From assembly GCA_036253495.1 (NCBI GenBank), contig GCA_036253495.1_4125.1: a stretch of DNA of 64,000 nucleotides; one strand, 5' to 3'. The notes beneath the pieces are model-generated. The model was not told where the DNA came from. It saw only the letters and a list, made by a program, of their open reading frames with translations, and ran no database searches. Both the position numbers and the translations under genes were made by a program. The stretch's first letter is position 1; each line of letters begins with the position of its first letter. The DNA is from a phage. This document shows, piece by piece, positions 31,087 to 38,573 of the stretch.

Positions 31087-32205
31087 ATGTCTAAATTAGA
31101 AAAGCTTCTAAAAGAATCATCTCTTTCTGATGAAGCAAAACAGCTAATTCAGGAAGCATGGAATGAAGAAAAGAACACACTAGCCGCTGAAATGCGTGAA
31201 GAAATGAAAGGCCGTTATAAACAAGACCTAGCTGAACTAACAGAAGGTCTTAACACTATGGTTACTCAAGTTATCGCTGAAGAAATGGGTGCAGTATATG
31301 ACGAGAAAAAACGTCTCGTTGAAGACCGCGTTACCCTCCGTAAAACTCTTGGTAACTTCTCTGAATTCGCTAATTCAGTACTAGCTGAAGAAGTTAAACA
31401 AATGCGTAACGAACGTAAACTAGTTCAAGAAAGCCTCGGTAAATTCGTTAATTTCTCTAACGGTATCCTAGCTGAAGAACTAAAAGAATTCCACAGCGAA
31501 AAACGTCAACTAGTAGAAGCTCGTGTAAAACTACTTGCTGAAGGTTCTCGTCAAATTGCAGAAGCACGTAATAACTTTATCAAACGTACCTCTGAAAGTG
31601 CTGCTAAATATATTGCAGAAACCACTCAGAAAAATCTTTACGCTTTGAAACAAGATCTTGCTGAAGCTAAACAAAATATGTTCGGTCGTAAAATCTTTGA
31701 AGCATTTGCTCAAGAATTTAATACCAAACAATTTAATGAGAATTCACTACTTCGTTCTTTGACTGAATCAATCAAATCTAAAGAAGATGAGATTGCTCAA
31801 GTTAAACAAGAACTAAATGAATCTGTTAACGCAGTTAAAGAAGTTCAATCAAAACTACGTATCATGGAAGATACACAGGCACGCAATGCAATTATGTCTG
31901 AATTGGTTAAGCCTTTGACTAGTCAACAAAAACAAATTATGGAATCCCTTCTAGCTGCTTCTCCAACAGAAAAGCTTAAAGAAGATTTCAGCAAGTACCA
32001 TAAGTCTGTACTTAACGGTACTAAAGTAAATGAATCTGCTACCACTCGTCAAGCAGTTCAACCTTCAGCGAAGAAAACAACCCTAGCAGAAGGTAAAGTA
32101 ATCACTGGCAACCGTCAGGCTATTGTTGAAAGCGAAGAAATGACCGCTGACGATATGGCATTCCTAAAAGAACTCGACGTTCTTTCTGGTATCAATAAAA
32201 AATAA
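31087..32205 (+). CDS. 22: Prohead scaffold protein (gp22-like), coiled-coil
   Basis: 372-aa E/K/A/L-rich helical protein between protease and major capsid protein genes. Strong AGGAGAG RBS. Confidence 0.6.
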   Translation: MSKLEKLLKESSLSDEAKQLIQEAWNEEKNTLAAEMREEMKGRYKQDLAELTEGLNTMVTQVIAEEMGAVYDEKKRLVEDRVTLRKTLGNFSEFANSVLAEEVKQMRNERKLVQESLGKFVNFSNGILAEELKEFHSEKRQLVEARVKLLAEGSRQIAEARNNFIKRTSESAAKYIAETTQKNLYALKQDLAEAKQNMFGRKIFEAFAQEFNTKQFNENSLLRSLTESIKSKEDEIAQVKQELNESVNAVKEVQSKLRIMEDTQARNAIMSELVKPLTSQQKQIMESLLAASPTEKLKEDFSKYHKSVLNGTKVNESATTRQAVQPSAKKTTLAEGKVITGNRQAIVESEEMTADDMAFLKELDVLSGINKK

Positions 32206-32297
32206 ACATTTTAAAGCATTTTAATAATCAATTTTTTCAGTACCATAAATAATAACATACTGAAAAACGAATATAACATCTTTAAGGAGATAATATA

Positions 32298-33473
32298 ATG
32301 TCACAACTACTAAATGAATCCAAATGGGTAGCAGTTAAAGAGAAACTAGTTGAAGGTCTTCAAGGTACTCGTAAATCCGTAATGGAAACCGTTCTTGATA
32401 ACCATCGTAAAGTTATGCTACAAGAATCTGCAACCGCTGGTGCAACTTCTGCTGGTAACATCGCTACTCTAAACAAAGTGATTCTACCAATTATGCGTCG
32501 TGTAATGCCAACCGTTATCGCTAACGAAATCATCGGTGTTCAACCAATGACTGGCCCAGTTGGTCAAATCCACACTCTACGTGTTCAATACGCTGACAAC
32601 GCACCAGGTGTTGTAGCTGGCGAAGAAATGCTATCTCCATTCAAGATTGCTAAATCTTACACTGGTGAGCTAAACTCTGACAACAGCAACCCACAAGCTG
32701 CTCCTACTAGCCAACTAGAAGGTACTATGGGTCGTCGCGTTAACATCCGTATCCTACGTGAAACTGTTGAAGCGAAATCTCGTCGTCTATCTGCACGCTG
32801 GACTGTTGAATCTGCACAAGATGCACAATCTCAACATGGTATCGACGTTGAAGCTGAACTAATGGCTGCTATTGCACAAGAAGTTACCGTTGAAATCGAC
32901 CAAGAACTACTAAGCCGTCTACGTGCACTACCTGGTGCTGCTGCTGTAACTTATGACCAATCTAAAGTTACTGGCGTTGCAACCTTCGTAGGTGATGAGC
33001 ACGCTGCTCTAGCTACCCTAATCAACCGTCAAGCGAACGAAGTTGCTCGTCGTACCAAACGTGGTGCTGCGAACTGGGCTGTTGTTTCCCCAACCGCTCT
33101 AACTATTCTACAATCTGCAACTACTTCTAGCTTTGCACGTACTACTGAAGGTACTTTTGAAGCACCAACTAACGTTAAATTCGTTGGTACTCTAAACAGC
33201 ACCATGCGTATCTTCGTTGATACCTATGCTTCAGATGTTGAAGATATCCTAATCGGTTACAAAGGTAATGCAGAAACTGACGCTGGTGTTTTCTACTGCC
33301 CATACATCCCATTGATGGCATCTGGTACTGTTATGGACCCTAACACTGGAGAACTCGTTACAACCTTCTTGACACGCTATGGCTACGTCCAGCTAACAGA
33401 TTCTACTAGTTCACTAGGTAATGCAGCAGATTATTATTCTAAAATTGCTATCAAAAACGTTACTTTCATGTAA
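32298..33473 (+). CDS. 23: Major capsid protein (gp23-like, compact form of 391 aa)
   Basis: IANEIIGVQPMTGPVGQIHTLRVQY, VEAKSRRLSARWTVESAQDAQSQHGIDVEAEL and GYKGNAETDAGVFYCPYIPL align with T4 gp23 blocks. Lacks the T4 insertion domain. Confidence 0.9.
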   Translation: MSQLLNESKWVAVKEKLVEGLQGTRKSVMETVLDNHRKVMLQESATAGATSAGNIATLNKVILPIMRRVMPTVIANEIIGVQPMTGPVGQIHTLRVQYADNAPGVVAGEEMLSPFKIAKSYTGELNSDNSNPQAAPTSQLEGTMGRRVNIRILRETVEAKSRRLSARWTVESAQDAQSQHGIDVEAELMAAIAQEVTVEIDQELLSRLRALPGAAAVTYDQSKVTGVATFVGDEHAALATLINRQANEVARRTKRGAANWAVVSPTALTILQSATTSSFARTTEGTFEAPTNVKFVGTLNSTMRIFVDTYASDVEDILIGYKGNAETDAGVFYCPYIPLMASGTVMDPNTGELVTTFLTRYGYVQLTDSTSSLGNAADYYSKIAIKNVTFM

Positions 33474-33528
33474 TTTACAAAAAAGTAGAAAAAAGCAAAA
33501 ACACAGAATTAAATTCTTTTCAAAAAAA

Positions 33529-33560
33529 GGGACTCTTCGGAGTCCCTTTTCTTTTTTTTC
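33529..33560 (+). terminator. Strong intrinsic terminator after the capsid gene
   Basis: gggactc-UUCG-gagtccc (C(UUCG)G tetraloop) followed by TTTTCTTTTTTTT. Confidence 0.8.
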
Positions 33561-33569
33561 AAAAAAGTG

Positions 33570-33598
33570 TTGACATAGATCCTAGAAATAGATATAAT
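33570..33598 (+). promoter_or_regulatory. Consensus sigma70 promoter (TTGACA-N17-TATAAT)
   Basis: Perfect -35 TTGACA 33570-33575 and -10 TATAAT 33593-33598 with 17-nt spacer, directly upstream of the endonuclease-like gene. Confidence 0.7.
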
Positions 33599-33633
33599 AC
33601 GCGTATAGTAATTAATGTATAGGATATGAAGAA

Positions 33634-34773
33634 ATGAACAAAGAGCGGTTTGTTGAAAGTATGAATGAAAAGTATTCGTCATTGGGAATTAACGGTGACT
33701 TTGATTTCTCAAATTTAGTTTTTAAGACAAGTAAGATGACCGTAAAATGTAACCACTGTGGTAAAGAAAACACAAAAAGTGCATTACGCCATTTGGAATG
33801 TACCTGCAAATGTTATTCAAATCTTTCACAGAAAATATCAAAAGACGAATTTATTGATAGAATGAATGAAAAATTTGGTGTTGGTGTTTATAAATTTGAT
33901 AAACTTTTCTTTTTGAATGTTAGGGATGTTATTGAAGTATACTGTTCCAAACACGAAGGATACTTTAAAACAACCCCATACAATATGAGTCGTAGTGTGA
34001 ATGGGTGTAACATTTGCATTCCAAATAAAAAAATGAATCATGATGAATTTGTTTATAGATGTAACGCGTTATATCCGTATTTGGATTTTAACCGAGTTGA
34101 TGAAAATGGTGATAAAATAACAAAATTTGTAGGAACAACAAAGTATATAAAAGTATGGTGTAATAGACATAATGGAATTTGGGATGTTTATGCAAATACT
34201 TTGTTGAAAGGTAAAAATCATTGTGGTATATGTACCGGACGCAAACTTAGAACCAAAGAACAATTTGTAGAATTAGCATCTAAGATTCATGATAACAAAT
34301 ATGATTATTCAGAAGTTGAATATAAAAATAGTGAACATAAGGTGAAAATTATTTGTACAGAATGTAATGAATCATTTTCACAACAGCCAAAAGCTCACTT
34401 ATCTGGTAGAGGGTGTCCGGTATGTGGGAAGTATGGATATCAACAAAATAAGCCAGGTTATTTTTATATACAAAAATTAACTCCAAAAAATATAAATGAA
34501 GTAGCAATTTATAAAATTGGAATTACTGGAGATTTATTCAGAAGAATGTATGAACAATCTCTACATTCAGAATATTTTCATGAGTTTATCAGAACTGAAT
34601 TCTTTAGTGATGGTATAAAACCACTGGAGTTAGAAACACTTATAAAAAAAACTATTACATGTGGAATAATAACAGAAAATGAATTACAAGATGGATTTAG
34701 TGAAACGATTTCATCAAATGATGTTTATGAAGTTCACAAAATCGTAAATAAATTTATAGAGAGTGAAAAATGA
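33634..34773 (+). CDS. T5orf172/GIY-YIG-like nuclease-domain protein with four N-terminal zinc-ribbon-like repeats (putative homing endonuclease)
   Basis: C-terminus PGYFYIQKL…VAIYKIGITGDLFRRM matches the T5orf172 (GIY-YIG superfamily) signature. N-terminal ~45-aa modules each carry a C…H…GC(P)xC pattern (e.g. VKCNHCG…ECTCKC; IICTECN…GRGCPVCG). Confidence 0.55.
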   Translation: MNKERFVESMNEKYSSLGINGDFDFSNLVFKTSKMTVKCNHCGKENTKSALRHLECTCKCYSNLSQKISKDEFIDRMNEKFGVGVYKFDKLFFLNVRDVIEVYCSKHEGYFKTTPYNMSRSVNGCNICIPNKKMNHDEFVYRCNALYPYLDFNRVDENGDKITKFVGTTKYIKVWCNRHNGIWDVYANTLLKGKNHCGICTGRKLRTKEQFVELASKIHDNKYDYSEVEYKNSEHKVKIICTECNESFSQQPKAHLSGRGCPVCGKYGYQQNKPGYFYIQKLTPKNINEVAIYKIGITGDLFRRMYEQSLHSEYFHEFIRTEFFSDGIKPLELETLIKKTITCGIITENELQDGFSETISSNDVYEVHKIVNKFIESEK

Positions 34774-35267
34774 AATATAAAAATTTACAAAAAATGAAAT
34801 ATTATGCTGTTCTTCATGGCGAAGAAGGGGATGACTGGGCTTTTTATAATTATGATAAATTAGTTGAAGGATATGCTTATAATTTTGATGATGATTATTA
34901 TCAATTAAGAATTCAATATGATGAATATATAATATTTTCTGACAATTTCTGCACTAACTCAACTTCCATTGGTATTGGATCTATCAAAAATGAACTTACA
35001 AATCAAATAGTAAAGTGTAGAAATAAATCAAATGAAGTTATTGTGTATACGGAAGGTGCAAACTATTCATCTGGTATGAAACTGATCGGACGACCTAATT
35101 TCGATAGTACTGACGAACTATTTCAAATATCAACAGTATGTAATATTGATTGGGATAAAGTCAAAGAAGCATTTCGTATATTGGATGAATTGAATGAGAT
35201 AATCAATTTTAAATATTATCTAACTAAACCATCTGAATCTCTAGAATTAACTAATTTACCGAAATAA
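34770..35267 (+). CDS. Hypothetical protein
   Basis: 165-aa AT-rich ORF in the accessory island; no recognised motif. Confidence 0.5.
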   Translation: MKYKNLQKMKYYAVLHGEEGDDWAFYNYDKLVEGYAYNFDDDYYQLRIQYDEYIIFSDNFCTNSTSIGIGSIKNELTNQIVKCRNKSNEVIVYTEGANYSSGMKLIGRPNFDSTDELFQISTVCNIDWDKVKEAFRILDELNEIINFKYYLTKPSESLELTNLPK

Positions 35268-35287
35268 CAATAAGGAGGTTAACACGG

Positions 35288-35638
35288 ATGTTAACTGTAT
35301 ACATTTTTAAAAAAGAAGAGTACTTAAAGAGTCAGTACTCAAAAATTGAGATCAATGTTCCTTATGGAACGTTGGTGGGTTATGATGAGGCTACGGAGAC
35401 GTTGTATTACAATGATGATCGTCTGGATTACAGTACTGATCATTTTATAGAAGATATATTGAGTACTGATTCAGAAGACATGTTGTATGAAGAATATATT
35501 GACAAATACAAAGAACGCATGTCGAAGTTACATGCTGATGCTCCAGTACTGAACACTCCTAAAACCCCATCCGAGTTTGATCCTCAAAATCCATTTCAAC
35601 GCCTGATAGATGCGGGTGTAAACTTCAGAATTAGTTAA
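35288..35638 (+). CDS. Hypothetical protein
   Basis: 116-aa ORF with AAGGAGG RBS; no recognised motif. Confidence 0.55.
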   Translation: MLTVYIFKKEEYLKSQYSKIEINVPYGTLVGYDEATETLYYNDDRLDYSTDHFIEDILSTDSEDMLYEEYIDKYKERMSKLHADAPVLNTPKTPSEFDPQNPFQRLIDAGVNFRIS

Positions 35639-35668
35639 TAATAAATATCTCCATACTAGGAGATATCT

Positions 35669-35977
35669 ATGTCACAAATATGTTATGTAATCACTAATAG
35701 TGCATGGCCTGAATATGTAAAGATAGGCTTCACTACAAAATCAGAGATGAAAGAGCGTTTAGGTGTTTACCAGACTGCTTCACCATTCAGGGATTTTGAG
35801 GTATACCATCAGGTTATGTTTGACGATGCACGAACAGCAGAAAAGGAAGTGCATAAGAGATTAAAGCAAATGAATGCAACAAGGCAACCTAACTCTGAAT
35901 GGTTCAAGATGCCTAAAAAGTTAGCTGCAAATATTATTGATTCCGTATTGGATGATATGGAAAATGATTTACTATAG
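35669..35977 (+). CDS. T5orf172/MUG113-like (GIY-YIG superfamily) domain protein
   Basis: ICYVITNSAWPEYVKIGFTTKSEMKERL…SPFRDFEVY…ARTAEKEVHKRL…SEWFKM matches the T5orf172 domain pattern. AGGAG RBS. Confidence 0.6.
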   Translation: MSQICYVITNSAWPEYVKIGFTTKSEMKERLGVYQTASPFRDFEVYHQVMFDDARTAEKEVHKRLKQMNATRQPNSEWFKMPKKLAANIIDSVLDDMENDLL

Positions 35978-36017
35978 ATATAAATATGATATATATTAAA
36001 CAAAAAAGGATTTTTAC

Positions 36018-37628
36018 ATGAGCATAAGTTTTAATCATCCACAGAATACTGTAACCAGTACTGCGGAAAATGGTTCATTGAATCTAATAGTACTAGGTGG
36101 TACACCAACTAATCCTCGACCAATTAGAATGAATTCTTCATCGGTAATACTACCTGTTCAGGATTTGCCTGTTGGTGAAGCAGGGGCGATAGTATTTGAC
36201 AAAAACACTCTTACTTTGAAGTATCATGATGGTACTAACTGGATTGAAATGTTAAGTGCTGCCGATGTAGTTGCACCAATTGAACAACAGATTCAGGATA
36301 TCAATTCTATACTTGGAACTAAGGTTGATAGAGTAACCTATTCAATGTCATCAATTCCAACTGCTTCTATTAGCGGAACTACATTGAATATTATATTCCC
36401 AACACCTTCATCAATTCAAGGTGCTAATGGTTTGTACACGAGTGCTAAACCTGGATGTATTATGCATTATAGCTTGACATCTGGACAAACCGTTGCTAGT
36501 ATACGTGAACAAATGTCGGGTAGTACTGGTGGACAGAGTGGTCGTGACGGCTCCCAAGCTAAACCGTGGAAAACATCCGATGGTTGGTGTTTTGCTGATG
36601 GTATGTGGTGGCAGTGGCAAGGTGCTAATGGTACAATAACCAAACAAGTACCAAACTTGAACCGTGATGGATATTTAAGAAGTATCACCACTAGTGGTAT
36701 AACCAAAACTGACGCAATGATAGCAGGTGGTGGTTCATTAACACCGAGTACTTTCACTATTCCAGACCACATTCATGGGACTGGTAAAATGTTAGGTACT
36801 AACGGTAGTGATGCGGATGATGCTGTTTTCATTAGTGGTAGAGCATGGAATGATGGCAGAGGCTATCGTGGTCCTGCAATCTTTGGTGATAAGAATGCCC
36901 GTATGGAGTTTAGTGTAGATGGTAACAATGCAGCAACTGCATTATCAACTTCACAACCAATTTATGATGATGCGAATGCACGCACAATAACCCATAACCA
37001 TACAGTAACAGGTATTGACGTACCACACTTTAACACTGCAATTTTGTATAACATTTCCGAACCATCAGTTGCGATGAGCGAAAATACTGCAAATGGTCGT
37101 TTTGTTCGTAAAACTGGTGATACAATGTCTGGTGAATTATACATTGCTAACCGTGCTGGTATTCGTGGTGGTGGTGATTTGTACTTATTCTTCCAGAACG
37201 CTAGTGGTGGTGAACGTGCCGCAGTATACTTCCAAGGTAATGAACTAAGACTTCGTGCTGGTGGTGGTGCTGTAACAGTTAACAGTGGTGGTTCTTTGTA
37301 TATACCAGGTTCATTAACAGTTAACGCAGCATCAGCAACTGTCGGAACGAAACATATAGTACGTTCTGTTAACGGCTCAACTGCTGGTTCTGATGGTAAT
37401 GTAAATATATCTGTCGGATCAGTACAAGATGTACGTTTTTTCAATCAAGATTATTATTGGCCGGGTGGTAATGAGTTATCATGGCACTTTGTGTGTCCAT
37501 CAGGTGCAGTACTAAGTGGTATAAATGTACAAGATGTTGGTAAAAACTCTGCTGATAACATTGGTGGTGTGAATTATAAATTTATACAAATTTTGGTTGA
37601 TGGTAGCTGGAGAAATATAAACGGATAA
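36018..37628 (+). CDS. Tail fibre protein
   Basis: 536 aa, Gly/Ser/Thr/Asn-rich, with the tail-fibre motif VRKTGDTMSGELY and repeated beta-rich segments. Followed by a Tfa chaperone gene. Confidence 0.7.
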   Translation: MSISFNHPQNTVTSTAENGSLNLIVLGGTPTNPRPIRMNSSSVILPVQDLPVGEAGAIVFDKNTLTLKYHDGTNWIEMLSAADVVAPIEQQIQDINSILGTKVDRVTYSMSSIPTASISGTTLNIIFPTPSSIQGANGLYTSAKPGCIMHYSLTSGQTVASIREQMSGSTGGQSGRDGSQAKPWKTSDGWCFADGMWWQWQGANGTITKQVPNLNRDGYLRSITTSGITKTDAMIAGGGSLTPSTFTIPDHIHGTGKMLGTNGSDADDAVFISGRAWNDGRGYRGPAIFGDKNARMEFSVDGNNAATALSTSQPIYDDANARTITHNHTVTGIDVPHFNTAILYNISEPSVAMSENTANGRFVRKTGDTMSGELYIANRAGIRGGGDLYLFFQNASGGERAAVYFQGNELRLRAGGGAVTVNSGGSLYIPGSLTVNAASATVGTKHIVRSVNGSTAGSDGNVNISVGSVQDVRFFNQDYYWPGGNELSWHFVCPSGAVLSGINVQDVGKNSADNIGGVNYKFIQILVDGSWRNING

Positions 37629-37631
37629 TTT

Positions 37632-38087
37632 ATGATAACTTTAAAAAATTTTAAATCATATGAAGGTAATGACCCTAAATTAAAAAAATTAAATGTTGCT
37701 TTTTTAATTTCAGAATGTGGAATGGATTGGTATGATTCTCAAAAATTATTTTCCGAAAATACAATGAAAATTGTGGTTGATAAAAATAATATAGTTTGCA
37801 ATGCAACACGTGATATTACTATGATGTATCCAGTGGATGCTAGTGTATATGAAATTGAATATGATGGTGATGGACATGAACTAAGAGGAAAAATATATCA
37901 TGAAGAAGATGGCACTTTTTCTGAAAGACCACCTCGTAAACCTACCCCACAACAAATATTCAATGATTTGAGTGAACGTAAAAAAGTACTGGACATGAAG
38001 AAAGAATTCGATATGTTGAGCACTGAAGAAGCTGCTGAGTACGAGAAGCTAATCTCTGATCTTAAAGAAGTTTTAAACCTTCTTTAA
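37632..38087 (+). CDS. tfa: Tail fibre assembly chaperone (lambda/E. coli Tfa-type)
   Basis: MITLKNFKSYEGN…DWYDSQ…TMKIVVDKNNIVCNATRDITMMYPVDASVYEI parallels enterobacterial Tfa (…LKNIKAGN…NWYEE…[32 protein letters not shown]) from memory. Confidence 0.65.
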   Translation: MITLKNFKSYEGNDPKLKKLNVAFLISECGMDWYDSQKLFSENTMKIVVDKNNIVCNATRDITMMYPVDASVYEIEYDGDGHELRGKIYHEEDGTFSERPPRKPTPQQIFNDLSERKKVLDMKKEFDMLSTEEAAEYEKLISDLKEVLNLL

Positions 38088-38093
38088 AAATTT

Positions 38094-38121
38094 GGGACAC
38101 ATTGAGAAGTACTGATATAAT
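38094..38121 (+). promoter_or_regulatory. sigma70-like promoter GGGACA-N16-TGaTATAAT
   Basis: Same motif family as 17979, 22682, 42060, 50886, 50962 and 61008. Confidence 0.5.
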
Positions 38122-38123
38122 AG

Positions 38124-38163
38124 AGACATTCCACGAGGAACATTGTGGAGTGTCTATTTTTTC
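38124..38163 (+). terminator. Terminator-like hairpin (11-bp stem plus U-run) immediately downstream of the promoter; possible attenuator
   Basis: agacattccac-gaggaacatt-gtggagtgtct followed by ATTTTTTC, located in the leader of the dsbA-like gene. Confidence 0.55.
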
Positions 38164-38185
38164 ATTAACACATGGAGATACAACA

Positions 38186-38488
38186 ATGGCTAAGTCTAAA
38201 AAAGAAGCAAAAGTAGAAATTCGTGACCTAAACGACGAACAACGTAAACGTCTAAGTGATGGTCTAAACAATGCAGTGGTACAGCTAACCTTTATTGATG
38301 ATACCAAAGCTTCCTATACTGATTTCATCAACTCTCTTTCTGATGAGCTAGGTATTGATGCATCCGATATCAAACAAGCTGCACAACGCATTTACAAAGG
38401 CGATTACTTTGATAAGCAAAACAAACTAGACAACATCGAAACTATCCTAAGCGTAACTAATAATCTACCACAAGCTGATGATTATTAA
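38186..38488 (+). CDS. dsDNA-binding protein DsbA-like (putative)
   Basis: ATG 38186 after GGAGA. …DFINSLSDELGIDASDIKQAAQRIYKGDYFDKQ… resembles T4 DsbA …DIRIRAKDELGVDGKMFNRLLALYHKDNRDVF…. Confidence 0.4.
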   Translation: MAKSKKEAKVEIRDLNDEQRKRLSDGLNNAVVQLTFIDDTKASYTDFINSLSDELGIDASDIKQAAQRIYKGDYFDKQNKLDNIETILSVTNNLPQADDY

Positions 38489-38573
38489 TCAGTACTGAAT
38501 ACTTAAAAATTTATGAGCCTCCAATGTTGGGGGCTTTTATTTTAACTTAATACAATGTAAAGGAATACAATAG

